DNA of 64,000 nt, taken from a virus (Duplodnaviria; Caudoviricetes). The translations under genes were made by a program, and so were the position numbers. This document shows, one piece after another, positions 47,810 through 57,626 of the stretch; position 1 is the first letter of the stretch, and every line of letters starts with the position of its first letter. The stretch covers positions 21,756 through 85,755 of IMG/VR virus record IMGVR_UViG_3300015214_000029. One strand, given 5' to 3'. The notes under the pieces were generated by a model. That model ran no database searches, was not told the origin of the DNA, and was given only the letters and a program-made list of their open reading frames with translations.

Positions 47810-48067
47810 TCAGCCGATACGCTCAAAGACCCAGATCCGCTCCCGATCCCTATTGTCCCCAGTCTTCTCGAAGGTGATACGCCAGCTCGGGTCTTGCTCG
47901 AATGCGGTCGCAATCTCTTTTATCGGTATGCGATACCGACGGAAGGTATGCCAGTTTACACTACCGTCTACATGAGTCACGCGAATCTCGTCGTAGTGAT
48001 CCTGGCACCAGTCGCAACCGCAACCGCGTCGGATCTTCACTTCTATCACAGTATTTTTTTTGGGCAT
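47810..48067 (-). CDS. Hypothetical early protein
   Basis: Between hairpins, RBS motif. Confidence 0.55.
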   Translation of the reverse strand: MPKKNTVIEVKIRRGCGCDWCQDHYDEIRVTHVDGSVNWHTFRRYRIPIKEIATAFEQDPSWRITFEKTGDNRDRERIWVFERIG

Positions 48068-48154
48068 GACAGACTCCTTCCTATGGGACATAACTCATTG
48101 ACACAGGTAAGGACTCGACGCATAAAGCGTCGAGTCCTACCCTGTGGCAATCAG

Positions 48155-48421
48155 TTAGTTGTAGTACTCTGTATCCTCGTCAAGATCCGCGTCTTCAGCC
48201 AGACTGATCTCCAACACAAGATCCAGTCGGTGCGGATCCGTTGATTCGAAGCGATATCCCCAGTCGCGCCGGATGTTGCCATAGCAACGTAGGTCTTCAC
48301 GATCTTCGAGGATCAGTCGCTTTTCAGATACAGCAATCTGGCGTGCTTCCGCTAGCGTATCTGCTGTGAAGTATGCGCCCGGAAGATATCCCGCTGTCCC
48401 AACAGTAATTACGTACTTCAT
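48155..48421 (-). CDS. Hypothetical early protein (first gene of leftward early unit)
   Basis: AAGGAGTC RBS; promoter TTGACT-N16-TATGAT at 48510-48537. Confidence 0.55.
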   Translation of the reverse strand: MKYVITVGTAGYLPGAYFTADTLAEARQIAVSEKRLILEDREDLRCYGNIRRDWGYRFESTDPHRLDLVLEISLAEDADLDEDTEYYN

Positions 48422-48685
48422 GACAGACTCCTTGAGCTATAGAGTTGTTAAAGTAGACTGACTATTTGATCTAGGATCGGCGGTCCGCGCCCGCCTCAAT
48501 CCTGCCCTGATCATATGAGTATTCGAAACAAAGTCAATCCCTTTAGAAGTGTTTTTTAGAATTTTTTTAGATCTTGTTCTATATGTTTCCTCGTGTTTTA
48601 GAACAAAATAGGCTATTTTGTTAACCGTTTATTAACCGTTGTTTTAGGACTATTTTAGTCCACAATAGGGTCGATTCGGGTCCGA

Positions 48686-48905
48686 TTCATCCTCATGCTT
48701 CATCCTCATGCTTCATCCTCATGCTTCATCCTCGTGCTTCATTCTCGTGCTCATGCCATCCTGCCATCGCGCCGGCCGGCTGCCATCGCGCCGGCCGGCT
48801 GCCATCGTGCCATCGTGCTCATTATGGTAGGGACAATGGAGCAATGGAGCAATGGAGCAATGGAGCAATGGGACAATGGAGCAATGGGACAATGGAGCAA
48901 TGGGG
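48686..48905. repeat. Tandem short-repeat arrays: 5x13 bp, 2x19 bp, 2x8 bp, then 9x8 bp CAATGG(AG/GA/GG)
   Basis: TTCATCCTCATGC x5 from 48686; CATCGCGCCGGCCGGCTGC x2 from 48765; CAATGGAG-type x9 at 48834-48905. Confidence 0.95.
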
Positions 48906-49353
48906 ATAGTCAGTAGAATGATAATTCTATTGGTTGTATCAATACAACAGATTATTATTGGTTGTATTGGTTCAATATGTGTTGCATTCTTACAACTAAA
49001 TCGTTATCTGTTGTATTGGTTCAATATGTGTTGCATCATTGCAACCAATAAATGTAATAGCATCTAAACATATCATCTTAAATGCCATATTACAGAAGTA
49101 ATAGGGTATGTTTGTTAAAGAATTCTAATCAGTAATAATAGCCGTAAGACCCGCCTACTGAGCTATTACGAGCGGTATTACATATGCCATCCCTCAGACT
49201 CACGCGAACCGGAATCGGGCCCCCTTACCCCCAAGTATGCTAATACTCTCTACATTATATAAGTCCCCATTCCGGTAACAGAGTAGCCCACTATTATAGT
49301 GGGGCAGGTTGTTACCGAAATAATGTGGCAATTTTTCCGAAAATAAATCCCAC

Positions 49354-49381
49354 TTGACTTGAGGGGGCTCTATGCTATAAT
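49354..49381 (+). promoter_or_regulatory. sigma70 promoter with extended -10
   Basis: TTGACT-N16-TATAAT with TG upstream of -10. Confidence 0.75.
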
Positions 49382-49510
49382 GTGGTTGACGTTGGACTCG
49401 CCTAAGTCCTCGCCTGCCGCCCGCTGAACCTGCCAGTTCGTTAATGCGGGCGGTTTGGCTTTCCTATAAGAACTGCTCCACTTCCCCCTAACTGTAGCAG
49501 TTTCTATAGG

Positions 49511-49539
49511 TTGACAATCTCCGGGGGCTGTCCTATACT
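49511..49539 (+). promoter_or_regulatory. sigma70 promoter
   Basis: TTGACA-N17-TATACT; similar promoters at 49931-49959, 50219-50246, 52745-52773, 53576-53603. Confidence 0.8.
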
Positions 49540-49626
49540 GAGGGGCAGGGAAGAAGAGTTGCTTACCTTTGGGGGAGAGGACTCGTGGCGGGGTTCTCTC
49601 CCCTGCGTCTTTGTGAGGAGTCAGGT

Positions 49627-49887
49627 ATGGAAACCGCTTACGAGCTTGTCCCCCTGGGATACGATGAAGACGGTTTGCCGGGCTTACAGTTGCGCATCGT
49701 GGTTCACGACTACGAGAATGCCCAGGACTTTGTCGTTTATTATGACCTGTGGATGCACGATGTCCAGGGGGACCGGGCTCCCGACGAGTGGGGCTGGGAG
49801 CCGCACAAGCAGTTCATCGACCTGCTCTGTACTGAGGGAGTGGAAGCAGCAGCCCTGTGGCAGCTTCAATATAGGAACTTCAGGTGA
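49627..49887 (+). CDS. Hypothetical protein
   Basis: GAGGAGTC RBS then METAY. Confidence 0.55.
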   Translation: METAYELVPLGYDEDGLPGLQLRIVVHDYENAQDFVVYYDLWMHDVQGDRAPDEWGWEPHKQFIDLLCTEGVEAAALWQLQYRNFR

Positions 49888-49998
49888 ACGCCTGTTCTGG
49901 TAAATAGGATCTAAATAAGGGGTGGATGTATTGACAGGCTGTAGGGCTCCCCTTATGATAAGGTTAGGATTGTATGAGTATTGGGGGAGAGGCGAGCA

Positions 49999-50217
49999 AT
50001 GACAGTCGTAGAAGGGTACCGGGTTGATGAGACGAAGGCGCATGTCCAGATTACCTTCGATAACGGCAGGGCGATGACTATAGAGGTCAACCTTCTCAAC
50101 GACGACCGGGATCTGGACCAGATCGTCTCCGATATTGCGGACGAGGCGATTGGCAAGGGGCGCTGGAAGCAGGAAATGTTGGTCTATGCCATCTTCAACG
50201 GGGAGCCGTTGGATTGA
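49999..50217 (+). CDS. Hypothetical protein
   Basis: GAGAGG RBS then MTVVE. Confidence 0.55.
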   Translation: MTVVEGYRVDETKAHVQITFDNGRAMTIEVNLLNDDRDLDQIVSDIADEAIGKGRWKQEMLVYAIFNGEPLD

Positions 50218-50365
50218 GTTGACAGCCCGCTAAAAATAAATATACTTCTAAATGAAACGAACAGCCCTCGCCACTGGGGGCTGTTTCGCAATAGGCGGGC
50301 TGCGCCGTCTCCTCTACTTCCCCCTCGCCCGCTCGCGTACCTTTATCACAAGAGGCAAGGGAGCA

Positions 50366-51593
<1,228 letters not shown>

Positions 51594-51851
51594 ATGAAGG
51601 ATATTCGTGTTTTGCTGTCGGAGCGTACTCTGGATGTGGGCTCTGTCTTCACCTTTGCGGGTGAGGCGTTTCAGGTGACTGAGGCGGACCCGGTGGTGGC
51701 GGATGGGGTGGTCTACGTGCCGGTGGAGCGGGTTGTGCAGGGCTCGGTCACCGAGGACGAGGATGGGCTCAAGCTCGTGACCGAGAGCTTCATCCTGCTG
51801 GATGCGCTGGACCTGGTCGGCTGTCCCTATATGAAGGTCGAGAAGGCGTAG
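51594..51851 (+). CDS. Hypothetical protein
   Basis: MKDIRV start; GGAGG RBS supplied by the IS left end. Confidence 0.55.
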   Translation: MKDIRVLLSERTLDVGSVFTFAGEAFQVTEADPVVADGVVYVPVERVVQGSVTEDEDGLKLVTESFILLDALDLVGCPYMKVEKA

Positions 51852-51867
51852 CCTTCGGGGGAATGAG

Positions 51868-51935
51868 CGGTTCCCTGCCGGGGAGCCGCTTTTCTTTTTC
51901 TTTCTTTTCTGCTTTCTTTTCTTCTTTCTTTTACT
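51868..51935 (+). terminator. Intrinsic terminator with long pyrimidine tail
   Basis: GCGGTTCCC-TGCC-GGGAGCCGC followed by T-rich tract. Confidence 0.75.
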
Positions 51936-51966
51936 AAGTTTCTTTTCCGTTCTGAGGAGTCTGGAT

Positions 51967-52758
51967 GTGGAATTGCCGCTTTTCTTTAAGTATACGGATG
52001 CCGGGGGTGTGCCACCTTTTGTGGGGCCTGAGAGTACCTTCCGCTGGGAGCGGCCCTCGGCTACCAGCCCTGGCCCCTGGCAGGATGTCGGGGGTGAGTT
52101 GCAGATCTGTCACTGGGGGCTGCATCTCGTCCCCTTTACCTTTGCCTGGCGGTGGCCTGCGCCTTATCTGTTCGAGGCAGAGGCGCGGGGGGCGATTCGC
52201 GCCGAATTCAGGGATGGGGGGTTGTTTGATAAGGTGGTCTGCCGTGAGGCGCGGCTGCTGCGCCGGGTCCCGGCCTGGCGAGACACGGATAGGCTGGCCC
52301 GGATTTGCCTGCGGGCCTCAGCATACATCCGGGAACAGGCATGGGCGGCAGACCTGACCCCCGCTATCTTCTCAGAGGTGATGCGCCTGCTGGGTGGCGT
52401 GCAAGAACAGATAGAACAGAAGCGGTCCTTTCCGCCGCTGGGGGAGATCCGTAACCCGCTGTACCGGGCTGATAATTGGGGCCTGGGCCCTCCTTTCCCT
52501 TCTCAGAAGAACCGGACAGAGCAGGAAGGATATATGGTTTGGTTAGAGGGCCTGAAGCACGTGGATGCCGTACCCCTTTACCGGGCGTTCGAGATGTTCT
52601 ATGGGAGTTGGGTAAAGGTCTCTCATTATCTCTCGGATAACCAGCCTACGGCTCAGGGCAGGGCGTTGAACCAGATCTTTCTGAAAGGGCTGGGCTACGA
52701 CTGCCTGGACTACGAGGCTCGCTACCAAGAACTGCTCGACCATGTTGACATGAACTAG
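51967..52758 (+). CDS. Hypothetical phage protein
   Basis: 263 aa with LQICHWGLH motif. Confidence 0.6.
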   Translation: MELPLFFKYTDAGGVPPFVGPESTFRWERPSATSPGPWQDVGGELQICHWGLHLVPFTFAWRWPAPYLFEAEARGAIRAEFRDGGLFDKVVCREARLLRRVPAWRDTDRLARICLRASAYIREQAWAADLTPAIFSEVMRLLGGVQEQIEQKRSFPPLGEIRNPLYRADNWGLGPPFPSQKNRTEQEGYMVWLEGLKHVDAVPLYRAFEMFYGSWVKVSHYLSDNQPTAQGRALNQIFLKGLGYDCLDYEARYQELLDHVDMN

Positions 52759-52867
52759 AAAGTCCTCTATACTTATAAGTAGAGGATGATTGGTGATCAT
52801 GTGGATACACAGCCCCGGGCCTGTTTAGGGTTTCCCGGGGTTGTGTGCATTTTTCAAGGAGGCTACA

Positions 52868-53566
52868 ATGAAACGCTTTGGTGGCTGGATGTCGCGCACC
52901 TGGAAGATGGGCTGCATGGGCAAGTTCCTGGTGCTGGCGGTGCTGTTCGTGGCCCTCACGATTTTCGGCAGCGCCATCAATGGGGTGCTTGTGGGCATCT
53001 CGGGAGATACACAGGCAGCGACCGAACGGGTCTCGGCGAACTATGCGATCTCTGAGGAAGAGGACGCGCCGCGCCCGACACAAACGCCGCGCCCGACACA
53101 AACGCCGCGCCCCACTCGAACGCCGCGCCCGACTGCGGTGCCAACGGCAACCCCCTCGCAGCTTGAGGTCAATGCCTGGTCGATCTTCATGGTGGAGCAG
53201 TGGGATATTCTGGGGTCGGCAACCGATGACATGGCCCGGCTGTTCGGGCAGTTGAGTAACAGGCCGACCCTGATCCTGGACTATAACTGGTTGGTGGCAG
53301 TGGAGACGGCTGCGGCTGAGGTGCGCTACGTGCGCCAGGCAGTGGACAGCTACTCGCCCCCGGTTGGGGTGGCAGACCTTCATGCTGAGGCCCGGGATGT
53401 GCTGGCAATTTGCGCCGACGCTTATACTGCGACGAGCGATGCGGTGTGGCAGGATGACCTTGAACAGATCTCGCTGGACCTGGATGCGGCGCTGCAAGAG
53501 GTGGAGCAGTGCCACCGGGCGGCTCTGGACTTCAACGATAGTCTGGAGATCGCGCTCGGTTCCTGA
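52868..53566 (+). CDS. Membrane-anchored protein with PT-rich repeats
   Basis: Hydrophobic N-terminal helix; PRPTQT repeats encoded by 18-bp tandem repeats. Confidence 0.7.
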   Translation: MKRFGGWMSRTWKMGCMGKFLVLAVLFVALTIFGSAINGVLVGISGDTQAATERVSANYAISEEEDAPRPTQTPRPTQTPRPTRTPRPTAVPTATPSQLEVNAWSIFMVEQWDILGSATDDMARLFGQLSNRPTLILDYNWLVAVETAAAEVRYVRQAVDSYSPPVGVADLHAEARDVLAICADAYTATSDAVWQDDLEQISLDLDAALQEVEQCHRAALDFNDSLEIALGS

Positions 53567-53607
53567 AATTGGTACTTGACAGACTCAGAAAGCTGAGTAT
53601 GCTTATA

Positions 53608-53689
53608 GTTGAGGCGGGTCGAAGGTTCTGGGTTACCCAACTTACAAGAGATGGTCACGCCCCAGGCCGCACACTTATCCGCCTTTAAC
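53608..53689 (+). ncRNA. Y RNA-like 1 (short)
   Basis: Terminal stem GGCGGGTCG...CTTATCCGCC; just downstream of TTGACA-N16-TATGCT promoter; upstream of Ro60. Confidence 0.75.
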
Positions 53690-53700
53690 AACTGAGCGTG

Positions 53701-53830
53701 TAGAGCGGGTCGCTGGGTGACGGTAATCGGAAACTTGGGTTCGACCCCCAGGCGGCTGGCGTGGCAGAGGTCGCGCTACCGACCGTCCTTAATGGACAAT
53801 AATCTCGTTGCTCGATCTTTATCCGCTCTA
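53701..53830 (+). ncRNA. Y RNA-like 2 (YrlA type, with T-arm)
   Basis: TAGAGCGGGTCG...TTTATCCGCTCTA terminal stem; TGGG-TTCGACC-CCCA T-arm. Confidence 0.75.
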
Positions 53831-53847
53831 ATCTTTACTAACTGTAT

Positions 53848-53989
53848 AGCGGCGGGTCGCTGTAGAACGGTTATCCACTGTAACTGGGAAGGTTGCGGGT
53901 TCGAATCCCGCCCGGACCCCTTACATGGGTCCGGTAGCTCAACAGGCAGAGCGTCTAAAAAACTCGTTCTCGATCACTTATCCGCCGCT
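53848..53989 (+). ncRNA. yrlA: Y RNA-like 3 (YrlA, permuted tRNA-like domain)
   Basis: T arm GCGGG-TTCGAAT-CCCGC, closed acceptor CCGGACCC-CTTACAT-GGGTCCGG, D arm GCTC-AACAGGCA-GAGC inside AGCGGCGGGTCG...CTTATCCGCCGCT stem. Confidence 0.88.
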
Positions 53990-53999
53990 CCGACAATAA

Positions 54000-54076
54000 A
54001 AAGGAACCGGGTCGAAGGCTGTCGGTTATCTACTGAGAAGAGAACCCCGATAACCACAAACCTATCCGGTTCCTTT
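54000..54076 (+). ncRNA. Y RNA-like 4 (short)
   Basis: AAAGGAACCGGGTCG...CCTATCCGGTTCCTTT terminal stem; GGTTATC/GATAACC inner stem. Confidence 0.75.
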
Positions 54077-54100
54077 CGTTTGTCGGGGAAAGGGAGAGCC

Positions 54101-55699
54101 ATGCCATACGGTAAGCATTTCAACCTTCGTCAGACCCCCCAGGACCAGCCCATTCCGGGCAGCGGTCAGGTCAAGAACTCGGCAGGCGGGTATGCGTGGC
54201 AGATCTCTCCCTGGGAGCGGCTGACTCGCTTCCTGATCCTGGGTACCGAGGGGGGCACGTACTACGCCTCGGAGCGGGCCTTGACCATCGAGAACGCAGA
54301 GAACGTCTGGGCCTGCCTGAACCTCGACCCCAAGCGGGTGGTGGATGAGACCATTGCCGTCTCAGACGCGGGACGTGCGCCCAAGAACTCTCCGGCGCTC
54401 TTCGTCATGGCGATGGCGTGCAGTGAGGTCTTCGTGAGTGACCAAGTGCTGCGCGAGTATGCGCTCGACCGGCTGGAGCAGGTGGCCCGCACGCCGACCC
54501 ACCTCTTTGAGTTCCTGGGCTACGTGCTCGGGTTCCGCAAGTGGGGGCGTGGGCTGCGTAACGCCGTTGCTCGCTGGTATAACGGGCATACACCCGAGAA
54601 CCTGGTCTACCACTTGGTGAAGTATCGCCAGCGGGCGGGCTGGACGCACAGGGACGTGCTGCGCGTGGTTCACCCGACGCCGGTCTCAGAGGCGCACTCG
54701 ACGCTCTATAACTGGGCGATCCGGGGCGAGGCAGACATAGACAAGCTGGGCGACCAGGCTCTCCTGGTGCTGGAAGGCTATCACCGGGCACAGGCGGCGA
54801 CGACCCCAGAGCGGTGGGTTGAGATCATCAAGGCGTACAACCTGCCGCGCGAGGCGCTGCCGACCCAGGCCCTCTCGCACCCGCAGGTGTGGGCGGCGCT
54901 GCTGGAGACCGGGATGCCGGTCATGGCATTGACCCGTAACCTCGCCAACCTCGGGCGGAACGGGGTTATCGGCCCGGGCTTGTGGGATACCAACCAGCTG
55001 GTGGTCTCGGCGCTCAGCAATGATGAGGTGATCCGCCGCTCGCGGATGCACCCCATCCACTTCCTGCTGGCGCTGCGCATTTACACGCGGGGCTACAACA
55101 ACCGGGGTCGCTGGGTGCCCGAGCCCAGCATCCGGGATGCGCTGGAAGGGGCGTACTACAAGGCGTTCGGTAATATCGATCCGACCGGCAAGCGCATCGT
55201 CATCGGCCTGGATGTGTCGGGCTCAATGGACTACATGACCATTCCGGGGCTGGAAGCGTTCACGGCTCGGGATGGCGCAGTAGCTATGGCGATGGCAACG
55301 GTGCGCACGGAGCCCTACACGGCTGTCTATGCTTTTGGGTCGAGGCTGCAAAAGCTGGGCATCGGCAAGAACGACCGGCTGAGTACCGTGCTCAAGAAGA
55401 CCAAGATGAACTTTGGCGGGACGGATGCGGCACTGCCCATCCTCCAGGCGCTCCAGGACCGGACGCAGGTGGATGCTTTTATCACCTACACGGACAACGA
55501 GACCTGGGCAGGGGCGGTTCATCCGGCACAGGCGCTCCAGCGGTACCGGGAAGAGATGGGCATCCCGGCGAAGCTGATCGTGGTTGGCATGACTTCAACC
55601 GGCTTCAGCATCGCAGACCCGAACGATGCGGGGATGCTGGATGTCGTGGGGTTCGATGCGAACACCCCCCAGGCGATCTCGGAGTTCATTCGCCTGTAG
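54101..55699 (+). CDS. rsr: Ro60/Rsr (TROVE plus vWA) RNA-binding protein
   Basis: VKNSAGGY, RFLILGTEGGTYY, KYRQRAGWTHRDVLR, MALTRNLANL, LDVSGSM, GGTDAALP, YTDNETW. Confidence 0.95.
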   Translation: MPYGKHFNLRQTPQDQPIPGSGQVKNSAGGYAWQISPWERLTRFLILGTEGGTYYASERALTIENAENVWACLNLDPKRVVDETIAVSDAGRAPKNSPALFVMAMACSEVFVSDQVLREYALDRLEQVARTPTHLFEFLGYVLGFRKWGRGLRNAVARWYNGHTPENLVYHLVKYRQRAGWTHRDVLRVVHPTPVSEAHSTLYNWAIRGEADIDKLGDQALLVLEGYHRAQAATTPERWVEIIKAYNLPREALPTQALSHPQVWAALLETGMPVMALTRNLANLGRNGVIGPGLWDTNQLVVSALSNDEVIRRSRMHPIHFLLALRIYTRGYNNRGRWVPEPSIRDALEGAYYKAFGNIDPTGKRIVIGLDVSGSMDYMTIPGLEAFTARDGAVAMAMATVRTEPYTAVYAFGSRLQKLGIGKNDRLSTVLKKTKMNFGGTDAALPILQALQDRTQVDAFITYTDNETWAGAVHPAQALQRYREEMGIPAKLIVVGMTSTGFSIADPNDAGMLDVVGFDANTPQAISEFIRL

Positions 55700-55717
55700 C
55701 TTTAACTGGTGAGTGTT

Positions 55718-55744
55718 GGGGTCCGCCTACGGGCGGACCCTTTT
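55718..55744 (+). terminator. Intrinsic terminator after rsr
   Basis: GGGTCCGCC-TACG-GGCGGACCC-TTTT. Confidence 0.8.
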
Positions 55745-55759
55745 CATAAGGAACCCGGG

Positions 55760-55990
55760 GTGAAAGCCTTTATCAATCTTGTAGCAGATGTGATTGAGAT
55801 TGTCATAAAGATGCTGTTGGGCGGGCTGGTGGTGGTGTTAGTGGGAGTCCTGCCCAGTATAGGGGCAGCCTTAATTATAGCAGCTATTCTCGTATACTAC
55901 CTGAACGTCTCTGAGACACTAGGCTATGTGTTGGGCTGGTTGATAGTGCTTATGATCTGGTTGGCTATAACTCGTTCTCACGAGTATTGA
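55760..55990 (+). CDS. Small membrane protein
   Basis: Hydrophobic ORF; GTG start after AAGGA. Confidence 0.5.
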   Translation: MKAFINLVADVIEIVIKMLLGGLVVVLVGVLPSIGAALIIAAILVYYLNVSETLGYVLGWLIVLMIWLAITRSHEY

Positions 55991-56007
55991 TATAAAGGAG
56001 TCTGGGC

Positions 56008-56793
56008 ATGAATATCCGAGTGGATGTGCAGCGGGGGTGTGGCTGGCGCGAGGATCACGGAGCCCTCTACCTGGTATCGGATGGTTTGAGCGCCCCCTGT
56101 GGTAAGCTCCCCATTCCCCTGGCCCGGGTGTGTGAGTGCTGCGGGCAGTTGATCTACAACGTCCAGGTGGACGGTAAGATCCTCAAACAGTCGCGCTCCC
56201 ACCGCAACTTGCTGAACCCAGCCCCACTACTCAACGAGCAGGCCTGTGCCTACGAGCAGTTGGGGACGAACCTCAAGGTCCACAAACGCTGCCCGCTGGC
56301 GTCCTGGCCCGAGAACAAGCCTGCCGTGTTGGATTGGATCGGCAAGGAGCACTACGCGACGACTGCCGACTTCACACGCGAAGCGGTGGAGCATGGGGTG
56401 TCGCGCCGCATCCGGGGACTGCCGGAGTGGTTCGAGATCGGCAAAGACTGGGTCTTCCTGGCGCACCCACAGGCAGTAGCCCTGCCGGATAATCAGGCGT
56501 ATAACCTGACTCACCCGGACGAGGACCCGCTGCCCGAGTGGTTGCCGGGCATCTTCCACGCCTTCCGCCCACAGCGGGTCGAGGTGATCGTGGACGATAA
56601 GACGACCCCGGAAGAGATGGAGTCCTACAAGGCGCGGGGCTATACCCCCACGCGCATTATCCGCCAGGACAGCGCCGACCGGCTGCTGTGCGGGCGCTGC
56701 CATACCAACGTGGCATCTCATAACCTCGATCCGCTGGACTGGGACGAGTATCATTTCCCACTGTGCGAGGATTGCTGGGTATGGGTTGAATAG
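56008..56793 (+). CDS. Hypothetical Cys-rich protein
   Basis: 261 aa; AAGGAGTC RBS. Confidence 0.65.
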   Translation: MNIRVDVQRGCGWREDHGALYLVSDGLSAPCGKLPIPLARVCECCGQLIYNVQVDGKILKQSRSHRNLLNPAPLLNEQACAYEQLGTNLKVHKRCPLASWPENKPAVLDWIGKEHYATTADFTREAVEHGVSRRIRGLPEWFEIGKDWVFLAHPQAVALPDNQAYNLTHPDEDPLPEWLPGIFHAFRPQRVEVIVDDKTTPEEMESYKARGYTPTRIIRQDSADRLLCGRCHTNVASHNLDPLDWDEYHFPLCEDCWVWVE

Positions 56794-57049
56794 AATGGAA
56801 GAGACGATGTTCTACGTGACAGCGGTAGACGTAAGCTCGAACCGGACTCTGATCGTGGCGATTGGGGCCGGTTCGACTCTCAAGGCGGCGCAGGAAGTGG
56901 CTGATCGGTATGCGCTGCGCCATAACGCCCTGATGCCGGTCTGGGAGCAGACGGACGAGCATCGGTGGCAGAGTAACGAGTTCGAGGCGAGTGTGTACCG
57001 CACGCGCCTGGTGATTGAAGAGCGTCCACTGGCTTCAGTCAAGTTTTAG
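56786..57049 (+). CDS. Hypothetical protein
   Basis: 87-aa ORF coupled to upstream gene. Confidence 0.5.
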   Translation: MNRMEETMFYVTAVDVSSNRTLIVAIGAGSTLKAAQEVADRYALRHNALMPVWEQTDEHRWQSNEFEASVYRTRLVIEERPLASVKF

Positions 57050-57117
57050 CCCGGGACCCTTTCTGAGTAGAATAGGGGTGTCGTGACACCTAGATTCGAA
57101 TCAGGGAGAACCAAACA

Positions 57118-57435
57118 ATGGATAAGGTTATCGCGTTTCTGGCTAAACTGGGCACCATCCTGGTGGACCGGCGAGCCATCATCACCGGGCTGTTCGTCGC
57201 CCTTCTGTCTTTCGGCAGCATGTTCGGGCTCACGCCTGAGCAGGTCGCTGAGATGGAAGCGGCCCTGGGCGAGACTTACACCGCTATCATTGCGGCGGTG
57301 GGTATCCTGGGCCAACTGCTGGCTGCGGGGTTTGCCGTCTACAAGCTGATCGATAGCTGGACGCAGCGCCCGCCCAGCGGCCTTAGCTACAAGGAATCTG
57401 AAGCCGCCCATCTGATGTACGGGCCGAAGGGTTAA
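57118..57435 (+). CDS. Putative holin
   Basis: 105 aa, two hydrophobic helices, charged C-terminus, AGGGAG RBS. Confidence 0.6.
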   Translation: MDKVIAFLAKLGTILVDRRAIITGLFVALLSFGSMFGLTPEQVAEMEAALGETYTAIIAAVGILGQLLAAGFAVYKLIDSWTQRPPSGLSYKESEAAHLMYGPKG

Positions 57436-57626
57436 GGACGTGTGGTGCGTTGGGGCCGCGATTGCACTATGTGTGGTCGCGGCTCTTGCCTGTCAGGTAG
57501 AGGTGGAGCCCACTCCTACCAGCACCTTAACAAATACGGCAACGGCGACTGAGACGCCTACTGTCGCCATTGGCGACAGTAGGCGACCACCTAAGACCTT
57601 CCCTTGATCTGGAGAGCGTACTACTC

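Larger units (their letters stand above)
44280..48154 (-). repeat. Array of about 11 conserved intergenic hairpins, most between small early genes
   Basis: Consensus (+) ATTG-A-CACAG-GTAA-GGGC..variable..GCCC-TACC-CTGTG-G-CAAT; copies at 44280, 44863 (partial), 45165, 45714, 46074 (variant), 46291, 46576, 46989, 47305, 47761, 48097. Confidence 0.9.

Noticed and set aside
46576-48110. TTGACA inside the hairpin repeats as antisense promoters
   Set aside because: No -10 box at 16-18 nt, and the hexamer is lost in covarying copies
44280-48154. CRISPR array interpretation of the repeated hairpins
   Set aside because: Units are separated by 200-450 bp protein-coding genes with RBSs, repeat interiors vary, and no cas genes are present
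48695-49067. Short ORFs over the tandem repeats
   Set aside because: Translations merely mirror the repeats; no RBS; AT-rich non-coding context
53895-53953. Canonical tRNA call for the T-arm/D-arm sequence
   Set aside because: Arm order is permuted and the acceptor stem is closed by a loop, as in YrlA; it lies inside a Ro-binding stem
53717-54100. 128-aa N-terminal extension of Ro60 in the ORF track
   Set aside because: It overlaps the Y RNA genes; a good RBS (AGGGAGAG) precedes ATG 54101
57440-57607. Possible 55-aa lipoprotein (ALAC lipobox, PT-rich) after the holin
   Set aside because: GTG start has poor RBS spacing, there is no basic n-region, and it overlaps a perfect 15-bp hairpin; insufficient support
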